The position numbers were made by a program, and so were the translations under genes. A stretch of DNA of 64,000 nucleotides from Candidatus Velthaea sp. (lineage in GTDB: Bacteria; Vulcanimicrobiota; Vulcanimicrobiia; Vulcanimicrobiales; Vulcanimicrobiaceae): assembly GCA_965214935.1 (NCBI GenBank), contig CBDCCS010000021.1, positions 288,001 to 352,000 on the forward strand, in the 5' to 3' direction. Shown here one piece after another: positions 8,882-18,085 of this stretch (positions are counted from its first letter, which is position 1; each line of letters opens with the position of its first letter). The notes beneath the pieces were generated by a model. It did not search any database. It was not told where the DNA came from and worked only from the letters and a program-made list of their open reading frames with translations.

Positions 8882-11070
8882 CGCTGATCGGGGCCTCGGT
8901 TCCGCGCCCGGATGCTCGTGATAAAGTGACCGGTGCCGCGCGTTATCCGGCCGATCTTATTCGCCCCGAAATGCTGCATGCCAAGGCGGTGTTCGGGCAT
9001 CGTACGCATGCCCGCATTGCCGCTATCGACCTGCACCGGGCACGCGCGATGCCCGGCGTCGTCGACATTTTGACCGCCGCGGATGTTCCGTATAACCGTT
9101 ACGGTCTGATCGAGAGCGATCAGGAAGTGCTGTGCAGCGAGCGCGTCCGTTACACCGGCGACCGGATTGCTCTCGTCGTCGCGCAAACAGCCGAGGCCGC
9201 AGCGGCCGCCGCCGCTGCCGTCGGTGTCGACTACGAGACGTTGCCGGCCGTAACGAACGCACAGGCTGCGATGCTGCCGGATGCACCGCTCGTTCATCCC
9301 GAGCGCGGAACCAACGTGCTTTTTCACCAGGCCGTCCGCCGCGGTGATGTCGAGCAGGCGTTTGCGGGCGCCGATGTCGTGCTCGACGGGACTTTTACGA
9401 CGAGCTGGCAAGAGCATGCGTATCTGGCGCCCGATGCCGCGATTGCTTACTACGAAGGCGACGCGCTCGTCGTCGAAACGGCAGGTCAGTGGCTGCATGA
9501 AGATCGGCGGCAGCTTGCAGCGATCGTCGGCCTGCCGCCCGAGTTGTTGATCGTCCGTTATGCCAAAATCGGCGGCGCATTCGGGGGTCGCGAAGATCTC
9601 TCGGTTCAAGCGCTCGTCGCGCTCGCAACCTGGAAACTCAAGCGTCCGACGGCGATCGTGTGGTCGCGCGAAGAAGCGATCGTCGGCCACCATAAACGTC
9701 ATCCGTTTCACATTACGACGCGCTGGGGCGCGCGGCGCGATGGTACGATCGTCGCCGTGCAGACGCGCAGCGTTGCGGACGGCGGGGCGTATGCGTCGAC
9801 GAGCGCCGAGGTTCTCAAATGTGCGGCAATCTTCGCCCAAGGCCCGTACCGCGTCCCGAACATCGCGACCGACGCGTATGTAACCTATACAAACAACGTG
9901 CCGAGCGGTGCGTTTCGCGGATTCGGCGCCCCGCAGGCACACTGGGCCGCCGAATCGATGGTCACCCGTCTAGCTCACGCCTTGGGGATCGACCCGATCG
10001 ACATGCGCCGGTTAAATCTCTATCGCGAAGGCGACACCGAAGCGACGCAAAGCGTGCTCCCGCCAGGCGTTAGCGCGGTTGCGGTCCTCGAACGCTGCGC
10101 CGCCGAGGCACGCCGCCGATTTCCGGTGCGCCGCATGCCGCACGCATCGACCAAACGGTACGGGACCGGCTTTGCCAGCGGTATCAAGAACGTCGGTTAT
10201 TCTTTCGGCTTTCCCGAACAAGCGACGGCAACGGTCGAGTTGATCGGTATCGAGCGGATCGAGCGCGCCGTCGTTCGAATCGGGGTCGCCGACGTCGGCC
10301 AGGGCGTGGCGCTTATCGTTCGTCAAATCGCCGCCGAGCGGTTGGGCTTGCCGCTGTCATCCGTCGCGATCGTTAACGAAGATAGCGCGCAAGCGCCGAA
10401 CGCCGGTTCGGCTTCGGCCTCGCGACTAACGTTCATGGCCGGACGCGCGGTTCACGATGCCGCACTCGCCGCACAAGCGAATTTTCACGCCGGCAAAGGC
10501 GGGAACGCGACCGTACAATTCCGGCCGCGCGCAACGACGGCAATCGATCCCCTTACGGGCGAAGGCGATCCGAACTACTGTTACGGTTACGTTGCTCAGG
10601 CCGTTGAAGTCGAGGTCGACCTCACGACCGGCCTTACGCGCGTGCTGCGTATTATTAGCGTGCACGATGTCGGCCGCGCGATCAATCGGCAGCAAATCGA
10701 AGGCCAGATCGAAGGCTGTCTCGCGCAGGCGGTCGGCTTTGCGCTCACCGAGAACTTTCTCATTCGTGACGGTCACGTGCTCACACCGCACTTCAGTACG
10801 TACCTCTTGCCGACGACTCTGGATATGCCGACCGAGATCGTGCCGGTCATCATGGAGTTAGCCGATCCCGCGGGACCGTACGGTGCGCGCGGCATGTCCG
10901 AAATGCCGCTCGTTCCGTTCGCCGCCGCGGTCGCAGGAGCAATCTTCGATGCCACCGGAGCCTGGGTCAGTGATTTGCCGATGACGCCCGAGCGCGTGTT
11001 ACATGCTATGACGCAGACATGCGGCGACCTTGCCGCAGCGCCGACAGCGGCGGCGGCCCGAACGCTGTGA
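8878..11070 (+). CDS. Xanthine dehydrogenase-family molybdopterin-binding subunit (PucD-like)
   Basis: KVTGAARY, EHAYL, GGAFGGRED, AFRGFG, QIEG and GMSE motifs; ATGA overlap with the upstream gene; purine catabolic context. Confidence 0.88.
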   Translation: MTLIGASVPRPDARDKVTGAARYPADLIRPEMLHAKAVFGHRTHARIAAIDLHRARAMPGVVDILTAADVPYNRYGLIESDQEVLCSERVRYTGDRIALVVAQTAEAAAAAAAAVGVDYETLPAVTNAQAAMLPDAPLVHPERGTNVLFHQAVRRGDVEQAFAGADVVLDGTFTTSWQEHAYLAPDAAIAYYEGDALVVETAGQWLHEDRRQLAAIVGLPPELLIVRYAKIGGAFGGREDLSVQALVALATWKLKRPTAIVWSREEAIVGHHKRHPFHITTRWGARRDGTIVAVQTRSVADGGAYASTSAEVLKCAAIFAQGPYRVPNIATDAYVTYTNNVPSGAFRGFGAPQAHWAAESMVTRLAHALGIDPIDMRRLNLYREGDTEATQSVLPPGVSAVAVLERCAAEARRRFPVRRMPHASTKRYGTGFASGIKNVGYSFGFPEQATATVELIGIERIERAVVRIGVADVGQGVALIVRQIAAERLGLPLSSVAIVNEDSAQAPNAGSASASRLTFMAGRAVHDAALAAQANFHAGKGGNATVQFRPRATTAIDPLTGEGDPNYCYGYVAQAVEVEVDLTTGLTRVLRIISVHDVGRAINRQQIEGQIEGCLAQAVGFALTENFLIRDGHVLTPHFSTYLLPTTLDMPTEIVPVIMELADPAGPYGARGMSEMPLVPFAAAVAGAIFDATGAWVSDLPMTPERVLHAMTQTCGDLAAAPTAAAARTL

Positions 11071-11075
11071 CGTAA

Positions 11076-11118
11076 AGCGACTCCGGATGCTGCCTACCAG
11101 CAGTCGATCGGAGTTGCT
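11076..11118 (+). terminator. Stem-loop just after the xdh operon (possible terminator, no U-tract)
   Basis: AGCGACTCCG (11076-85) pairs with CGGAGTTGCT (11109-18), with an inner TGCTG/CAGCA stem. Confidence 0.4.
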
Positions 11119-11599
11119 GCCATGCTCCCCTCCTACGCTCGACAGCGGGTCTTAGGCAAGCAGGTCCATCACTGCAAGTCCGATGCCGCAGTTTGGCTGC
11201 CACGGGGCATGAACGCTGCGCTTGCAACCGGACATAACACATAAACGAGTAAGCATGAAAGCGAGTTTCAGCTTACAACCATAGGCCCGGATTTAAAACG
11301 CGCTATCATTTCTTTCGGTGTCGCTTTTTGTATGACGTTTCCAAGCTTTACTACGTTAAGCTGTACAGGCGAGCGATTATTGTAATCGACGAGCCGGTAA
11401 ATCAACGATCGCCTCGGCATCTATGGAATTAAGCTGCTTTCCTAAGCGACGAGTAAGGACGTTACGTCCGTAGACAACGACCCGTTACAAGAGTCGATCG
11501 ATGGAAAGCAATCCACTTTAAATTCGTACCGTTCATCGTGTTACAACCTTCGTCGCCCGGCGCCCGAGCGACTTGGATACCGCAGAATAGAGTTCGTTC

Positions 11600-12559
11600 A
11601 TGGCCATCGAGCAGATGCAGAACACCGAAATGCCAATGCCGCAAACAGCGACGCTTCGACCGCTCGATCGGGCAGCGCACGTTCCGGTGTGTGCGATTTG
11701 CAATTGCACCGCGGCAACATCTTTTGTCGTGCACGGTTATCGCTTATTTGCTTGTGCATCGTGCGACTTTGCTTTCGTCGATCCGGCAACGGCGGCGGCG
11801 TTCAACAGCACGAGCATGTTCAACGACGACTATTTTTGCGGCGGCGGTGCCGGCTATACGAATTATATTGCCGAAGGCGATTTGCTTGAAGCGCATGGAC
11901 GCCGGTATGGTGCTATTCTTGCGAAAGCCGGTGTTTCTAGCGTCTTAGATGTCGGTGCTGCCGCCGGGTTCGTTTTGCGCGGAATGCAGCAAACCGGCGC
12001 GACCGGCGTGGGCATCGAGCCGAACGCCTCGATGGCTGCTTTCGCCGTCGAAGAACTTGGGTTGGACGTTCAAGCGACAACGCTCGAACGGTTCTCCGCA
12101 AGCCGGCGATTCGATGCGGTGGCTATGTTGCAGGTCGTCGACCATCTTGAAGACTTACGACTGTCATTTTCCAAGGTCGATGCGCTGGCAAAGCCGGACG
12201 GATGGTGTTTGATCGAGTTCGGCAACCGGGCCAGCGTCACGGCGCGGCTTCTCGGACCGGCTTGGCACGAATATGCACCGCCCAGCGTGCAGCGTGTCTT
12301 TTCGATGCGCGCATTGCGCCGGATCCTGGGCGATTACGGGTTTAGGCTACACTCGTGGGGCCACCCCGAAAAGTACGTCCGTGCCGATCACGCTCTTTCG
12401 CTCTTACGCTATAAAAGCGGCAAGTGGCTGGGCGAGCAGGTCATCGACCGCCTCGCGCACGTGATTCCCGACAACGCGAAGCTCCGCTATCCGGGCGACG
12501 ATATAACGTGGGCTTTGTTTTCCCGAACGAGTCTGCGCGCGCTCAATACGCCGGTCTGA
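11600..12559 (+). CDS. Class I SAM-dependent methyltransferase with N-terminal Cys cluster
   Basis: CAIC...CASC zinc-like motif, VLDVGAAAGF motif I, FDAVAMLQVVDHL. Confidence 0.82.
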   Translation: MAIEQMQNTEMPMPQTATLRPLDRAAHVPVCAICNCTAATSFVVHGYRLFACASCDFAFVDPATAAAFNSTSMFNDDYFCGGGAGYTNYIAEGDLLEAHGRRYGAILAKAGVSSVLDVGAAAGFVLRGMQQTGATGVGIEPNASMAAFAVEELGLDVQATTLERFSASRRFDAVAMLQVVDHLEDLRLSFSKVDALAKPDGWCLIEFGNRASVTARLLGPAWHEYAPPSVQRVFSMRALRRILGDYGFRLHSWGHPEKYVRADHALSLLRYKSGKWLGEQVIDRLAHVIPDNAKLRYPGDDITWALFSRTSLRALNTPV

Positions 12560-12579
12560 ACCTGACGGACCGGCAACGG

Positions 12580-13932
12580 TCAAGCGACGAGCGCTCGCGC
12601 TGCATCGTTATGAGCAGCAATGAGTGCGCTGAGCTCGACGCCTTGTAAGATACCGGCATCAATGCGAACTCGGCCGTCGATGACGCTCAAGTCCACCGTT
12701 GACGGCGCGCTAAAGACGAGTGCCGCCACGGGATCGTGCACCGCGGCACCCGCCATTGCAAGCGTATCAAGGCGCACGCCGATCACATCGGCGGCCATAC
12801 CCGGCGCAATCGCGCCGATGTCGTCGCGACCGAGAACGGCGGCGCCGCCGCGCGTCGCCATCCAAAGTGCTTGACGCGCCGACAGCGCGGCAGCTCCCGC
12901 GTCGACCCGCTGTAGCAGCATTGCAGCCCGCACTTCAGCAAGCAAATGCGAGGCATCGTTCGAGGCCGAACCGTCGACTCCGAGTCCTAGCCGCATCCCG
13001 CTACTACGCATCGCAGCTAGCGGCGCGATACCGGAACCGAGCCGCATATTCGAGCTCGGGCAATGAGCGGCACCGGTTTGCGAGCTGCCGAGACGTTCGA
13101 TCTCGGCGGCGCTGAGGTGCACCATATGCGCGTGCCAAACATCCGGCCCGATCCAGCCCAACTCTTCGGCGAGTTCGACCGGACGCCGGCCGTAACGATC
13201 GATGCAATAGCGTTCTTCATCGAGCGTTTCGCACAGATGCGTATGCAAGTGCACGCCGTAATCACGTGCCAACGCCGCGCTTTCACGCATGAGTGTAAGC
13301 GAAACCGAGAACGGCGAACACGGTGCGAGCACGATCCGCGTCATCGCGAAACGCTCCGGGTCGTGAAAGGTCTCGATAAGCCGCTGCGAATCGCGTAAGA
13401 TTGTCGCTTCGTCTTCAACGACGCTATCGGGCGGCAAGCCGCCGAGCGACTCGCCGATCGACATCGATCCGCGAGCAGCATGGAATCGCAAACCAAACTC
13501 GCGCGCGACTTGGATTTGATCGTCGAGTGTCGTGCCGTTCGGCCAAAGATAGGTGTGGTCGGCGGCAGTCGTGCAACCCGAGAACAGCAATTCAGCGATG
13601 GCGACGGCGGTGCTGACACGCATGGCCGTCCGATCGATGCGAGCCCAGATCGGATAGAGCGTTACAAGCCAATCGAACAAACCGGCGTTCTGCGCGCGCG
13701 GCACGGCCCGGGTCAGCGTTTGTGTAAAATGATGGTGGGTGTTGACGAGGCCCGGTAAAAGAACGAGGTTGTGCGCATCGATAATGCGGTCGGCTCGCTG
13801 CGGCAGTTCGGCCGCCGGGCCGACCGCAACGATCGCTCGATCTTCAATGTACACCGACGCGCCGGCGAGCTCGCGCCGAGCGTCGTCAAAGGTGGCAACC
13901 AGCGCCGCATCGCGCAAAAGGAGAGTCCCGAT
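12580..13932 (-). CDS. 8-oxoguanine deaminase-type amidohydrolase; start uncertain (ATC 13932 or GTG 13947)
   Basis: PGLVNTHHHFTQTLTRA, LAPCSPFSVS, HTHLCET, HCPSSNMRLGSG and GVDGSASND motifs; adjacent to urate catabolism genes. Confidence 0.85.
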   Translation of the reverse strand: MGTLLLRDAALVATFDDARRELAGASVYIEDRAIVAVGPAAELPQRADRIIDAHNLVLLPGLVNTHHHFTQTLTRAVPRAQNAGLFDWLVTLYPIWARIDRTAMRVSTAVAIAELLFSGCTTAADHTYLWPNGTTLDDQIQVAREFGLRFHAARGSMSIGESLGGLPPDSVVEDEATILRDSQRLIETFHDPERFAMTRIVLAPCSPFSVSLTLMRESAALARDYGVHLHTHLCETLDEERYCIDRYGRRPVELAEELGWIGPDVWHAHMVHLSAAEIERLGSSQTGAAHCPSSNMRLGSGIAPLAAMRSSGMRLGLGVDGSASNDASHLLAEVRAAMLLQRVDAGAAALSARQALWMATRGGAAVLGRDDIGAIAPGMAADVIGVRLDTLAMAGAAVHDPVAALVFSAPSTVDLSVIDGRVRIDAGILQGVELSALIAAHNDAARALVA

Positions 13933-14452
13933 CGATCCGCACCTCACGACGCTCGACGCACTCAACGGCGCCGACGAACCGGCTTTCGTCGGTACGCTCG
14001 GCTTCGTCTTTGAGGACTCGCCGTGGGTGGCCGCGCGCAGCTGGCCGCTGCGTCCGTTCGGCTCCGTGGAAGCGCTGCACGCCTCCATGTGCTCGACGGT
14101 GCGCAACGCACCGCTCGACGTGCAACTGGCACTGGTCAAGGCGCATCCCGATCTCGTCGGACGCGCGGCAGGCAACGGCATGCTGACGCCGGCATCGACG
14201 GCCGAACAGCATGGCGCGGGGCTCGATCGCCTAAGCCAAGCCGAGACTGCGCTAGTGCGCGAGCTGAACGCCGCTTACCGCCGGCGTTTCGGTTTTCCAT
14301 TCGTCATTTGCGTGCGCGAAAAAAACAAAGCGGCGATCGTCAGCGGCCTGCAATCGCGCTTAAACAACGACCGTGCGACCGAATTACGGGCCGCGCTTGC
14401 CGAGATCGAGAAGATCGCGCGGTTGCGGCTACTGGATGTCATCGTCCGCTAA
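13931..14452 (+). CDS. uraD: OHCU decarboxylase; start uncertain (ATC 13931 or GTG 13892)
   Basis: TLDALN...FEDSPWVA, AHPDL, STAEQ, FGFPFVICVR and EIEKIARLRL motifs. Confidence 0.9.
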   Translation: MDPHLTTLDALNGADEPAFVGTLGFVFEDSPWVAARSWPLRPFGSVEALHASMCSTVRNAPLDVQLALVKAHPDLVGRAAGNGMLTPASTAEQHGAGLDRLSQAETALVRELNAAYRRRFGFPFVICVREKNKAAIVSGLQSRLNNDRATELRAALAEIEKIARLRLLDVIVR

Positions 14453-15648
14453 TGGCCTACACCCTTGATTGGCTCAACCTGGTCGTTCGCTGGTCGCATC
14501 TCATTGCGGGCATTAGCTGGATCGGCGCGTCGCTCTACTTTGTCTGGCTCGACAATCACTTAACGGCTCCGGCTGCGAATGACGCCCGCAACGGGATGGC
14601 CGGCGAGTTGTGGTCCGTTCACGGCGGCGGATTTTATCACAACCAAAAATTCATGACCGGTCCCAAAAACGAACCGCTGCCGTTCGATCTGCATTGGTTC
14701 AAGTGGGAAGCGTACACGACGTGGCTATCGGGTGTCGCGCTGTTGGCAATTGTCTATTGGGCCGGAGCCGGCGCGTACCTGATCGATCCGACCGTGCTGG
14801 CGTTGACTCCGCCCGAAGCAATTGCCATAAGCATCGGCACGCTCGTAACCGGCTGGCTTGTTTACGATCTGCTCTGCCGGGCATTCGGTCGCCGGCCGCT
14901 GGTGCTGACCGCTGCCGTTTGCGCGTTCGTGCTGGTGGCCGACTGGGGTTTATTCCATATCTTCAGTGCGCGAGCGGCCTTTTTACACGTCGGCGCCATG
15001 ATCGGCACGATCATGGTCGCCAACGTATTCTTCATTATCATTCCGGGTCAGCGCAAGATGCTCGCCCAGATACGCGCGGGTGAAGAGCCGGACCCGACGC
15101 CCGGAAAAAACGGCAAGATTCGCTCGGTGCACAACACGTATTTTACCTTTCCGGTGCTCTTCGTGATGATCAGCAATCACTTTCCGATCGCCTATGGCGG
15201 ATCGTGGGGCTGGCTCGTGCTTGCCGCGATCAGCCTCGCCGGCGTCTTGATCCGGCAATTTTTCGTGCTCGGCGATAAAGGCCGGTATGCCGTGTCGCTG
15301 CCGGTCACCGCAGCGCTGATATTAGCGGTTACCGCGTTTGTCAGCGCGCCGGCTACCGCCCCGCTCAGTGCGGTGCACGCCGCGCCGGTTGCCTTCGCGT
15401 CTGTCGACGCCATCGTCACCCAACGCTGTGCAGTCTGCCATGCCGCGCATCCCGTTCAGCCCGGCTTCGCGGCCGCTCCGCAAGGCGTGCTGCTCGATAC
15501 ACCGGAGCATATCGCGGCGAACACGCGCGGCATTTACGCCCAAGCCGTAGCCTCGAATGCGATGCCGTTGGGCAACCTCACGCACATTACCGCGGCGGAA
15601 CGAGCAACGTTGGCGGCGTGGATCGCCGGTGGAGCACCGACGCGTTGA
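14452..15648 (+). CDS. puuD: Membrane urate hydroxylase PuuD with C-terminal cytochrome c
   Basis: RWSHLIAGISWIGASLYFVWLDN, WSVHGGGFY, LHWFKWEAYTTWLSG and RSVHNTY motifs, C-terminal CAVCH heme motif; between uraD and uraH. Confidence 0.93.
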   Translation: MAYTLDWLNLVVRWSHLIAGISWIGASLYFVWLDNHLTAPAANDARNGMAGELWSVHGGGFYHNQKFMTGPKNEPLPFDLHWFKWEAYTTWLSGVALLAIVYWAGAGAYLIDPTVLALTPPEAIAISIGTLVTGWLVYDLLCRAFGRRPLVLTAAVCAFVLVADWGLFHIFSARAAFLHVGAMIGTIMVANVFFIIIPGQRKMLAQIRAGEEPDPTPGKNGKIRSVHNTYFTFPVLFVMISNHFPIAYGGSWGWLVLAAISLAGVLIRQFFVLGDKGRYAVSLPVTAALILAVTAFVSAPATAPLSAVHAAPVAFASVDAIVTQRCAVCHAAHPVQPGFAAAPQGVLLDTPEHIAANTRGIYAQAVASNAMPLGNLTHITAAERATLAAWIAGGAPTR

Positions 15649-15977
15649 CCCTATCCACCCATGTCCTCGATACGGCGCGCGGTGTACCCGCGCAAGGCGT
15701 CGGGATCGCACTCTTCCGGCTCGAAGGTACCGAGCGCAGCCGGATCGCGCACGCGCAAACGAACGCCGACGGACGCACCGATACGCCCTTGGCGATCGAT
15801 CTCATCCCGGGCTTGTATGAAATCGTCTTCGCGACCGAAGCGTATTTCGCGCGGTGTGCGGTTGCTGCATTTTTTACCGATATTCCGGTGCGTTTCAGCG
15901 TTGTTGCCGGCGCCGGGCGTTATCACGTCCCGCTCTTGCTAGCACCCTGGGGATATTCAACCTATCGCGGCAGCTAG
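15645..15977 (+). CDS. uraH: 5-hydroxyisourate hydrolase (transthyretin-like)
   Basis: LSTHVLD, TNADGR, YHVPLL and C-terminal YRGS signature; TTG start overlaps the puuD stop. Confidence 0.95.
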   Translation: MTLSTHVLDTARGVPAQGVGIALFRLEGTERSRIAHAQTNADGRTDTPLAIDLIPGLYEIVFATEAYFARCAVAAFFTDIPVRFSVVAGAGRYHVPLLLAPWGYSTYRGS

Positions 15978-16048
15978 GGTTTCGACGGCCCAAGCCGTTC
16001 GTCGTTGAGCGTGCAGGGTTGCCCACCGGTGACGCGTATCGCGGTTTG

Positions 16049-18085
16049 ATGCGCCTGCTCCGTGCCGCCGCCCGTCTTGTCGCTGCGATCGGTGTTTGCG
16101 CGGGGCTGCAACTGTACGGCGCGCATGCCGCTACCGGCCCGGTGCAACAGCTTGCCGAACCGTTCGATGCATCGGCGATCGATCCGCACGGAAACGCCTG
16201 CGAAGATTTTTTCGGCTACGCAACGGGAGCGTATCGCAAGGGTCATCCGATACCGCCGGCGTTTACCGAATACGGCTATATCGAGCAGCTCGTCGATGCG
16301 ACGCGCGAGATCGTACGCGACATTCTCGTGCACGCGCAACGCGATCCCGGCGCTGCCGGCAGCAATGCCGAGAAGCTCGGCATCTTCTACACGTCGTGTA
16401 TGGACACGGCGGCCATCGAGCGGCGCGGCCTCGCGCCGCTCGCGCCCGAGCTTGCGCGCATCGACGCGCTGCAACGTTCGAGCGAGCTTAGCGCGGAGTT
16501 CGAGCACTTGCATGCGATCGGAGTCGATGCCGGCTTCGCGTTCAATGCAACCCAGGACTATCACAACAGCGCGCACACGATCGGCGAACTCGATCAGGCC
16601 GGTCTGGGCTTACCCGAACGCGATTACTATTTGCGCGGCGACGCCGATTCGCGCAAATTGCGCGCGCAATATTTGGCCTACGTCAGTCGTCTGCTGAGCC
16701 TGAGCGGCAGTTCGGACGCGCTTACCGCCGCTCGATCGGTCGTTGCACTCGAGACGCGTTTTGCACGCGCTTCCACTCCGGCTGCAGATCTGCGCGAGCC
16801 GGAAGCGACGTACCATCCGATGACGCTTACGGCCATCGCGGCACTCGCGCCGCACGTCGCGTTGCGCAGCTATCTGCGCGCCCAAGCAGTCACGACCGGC
16901 GACACCGTCAATGTTGCCGAGCCGGCGTTTTTGGAGGCGGTCGATGCCGCACTGACCGATGTCCCGTTACCGATCTGGAAGCGCTATATGCGCTGGCGGC
17001 TGCTCGATACGTTTGCCCCGGCGTTACCGGCACGCTTTGATAACGAGCATTTCGCATTCCGCGAACACATTTTGAACGGAGCGGCGGCGCAGTTGCCGCG
17101 CTGGAAGCGGTGCGTCTCGGCGACCGATCTGTATCTCGGCGAAGCCGTCGGCGAAGCGTACGTGGCTAAAGTGTTTCCGCGCGCGGCCAAGGTTCGTGCG
17201 CTGACGCTGAGCGTCCGCATCAAAGACGCGTACCGCAACGAGATGGAAGGCTTAAGCTGGATGACGCCCGCGACGAAACGCATCGCTGAAGCGAAACTGA
17301 CCGCGATGGGTCTTAAAGTCGGTTATCCGCAGCGTTGGCGCAGCTTCGCTACGTACGCGGTTACACCCGATTCGTATGCGGCGAACATTGCGCGCGGTGC
17401 AACGTTCGAGCGCAACTATGAACTCGCGCGGATCGGCCGGCCGGTGGACCGCACGGCGTGGTCGATGACGCCGCAGACGGTCAATGCGTACAACGACACG
17501 CAGCGTAACGAAATCGTCTTACCGGCGGCGCAATTACAACGCCCGTTTTTTGATTTTGCTTCCGACGATGCAGCGAATCTCGGCGCGACCGGCGGTGGAA
17601 CGATCGGTCACGAGATGACGCACGGCTTCGACGATGAAGGCCATAAATTCGATGCCGCCGGCAATCTGCGCAACTGGTGGACATCGCGTGACCTCATGCA
17701 ATTCAACGCGCGCGCTCACTGCGTCATCGATCAATTCAACAACACGGTTGCCGTCGGCAACGTGCACTATCAAGGCCGGCTCGTTGCCGGCGAAGCAATT
17801 GCCGATTTAGGCGGCGTCATCATCGGCGACCATGCGCTGCGCACGACCCTTGCCAAGCATCCCGGACAGCGCATCGCCGGCTTTACACCCGAACAGCGGT
17901 ACTTTCTCGCCTTTGCACAGTCGTGGGCCGAGAACATTCGGCCCGAGGCCGCTCGACGGCAGGCGTTGACCGATCCGCACCCGTTGCCGCGCGACCGCGT
18001 CAATGCAACGCTGGCCAACATTCCCGCTTGGTATGCAGCCTTTGGTTGCGTCAAACCGCCGCGGCCGATCTGTGAGATTTGGTGA
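16049..18085 (+). CDS. M13-family (neprilysin/PepO-like) metallopeptidase, secreted
   Basis: Signal peptide, CEDFFGYA, VNAYN, HEMTH (HEXXH), GEAIAD and DPHP motifs. Confidence 0.92.
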   Translation: MRLLRAAARLVAAIGVCAGLQLYGAHAATGPVQQLAEPFDASAIDPHGNACEDFFGYATGAYRKGHPIPPAFTEYGYIEQLVDATREIVRDILVHAQRDPGAAGSNAEKLGIFYTSCMDTAAIERRGLAPLAPELARIDALQRSSELSAEFEHLHAIGVDAGFAFNATQDYHNSAHTIGELDQAGLGLPERDYYLRGDADSRKLRAQYLAYVSRLLSLSGSSDALTAARSVVALETRFARASTPAADLREPEATYHPMTLTAIAALAPHVALRSYLRAQAVTTGDTVNVAEPAFLEAVDAALTDVPLPIWKRYMRWRLLDTFAPALPARFDNEHFAFREHILNGAAAQLPRWKRCVSATDLYLGEAVGEAYVAKVFPRAAKVRALTLSVRIKDAYRNEMEGLSWMTPATKRIAEAKLTAMGLKVGYPQRWRSFATYAVTPDSYAANIARGATFERNYELARIGRPVDRTAWSMTPQTVNAYNDTQRNEIVLPAAQLQRPFFDFASDDAANLGATGGGTIGHEMTHGFDDEGHKFDAAGNLRNWWTSRDLMQFNARAHCVIDQFNNTVAVGNVHYQGRLVAGEAIADLGGVIIGDHALRTTLAKHPGQRIAGFTPEQRYFLAFAQSWAENIRPEAARRQALTDPHPLPRDRVNATLANIPAWYAAFGCVKPPRPICEIW

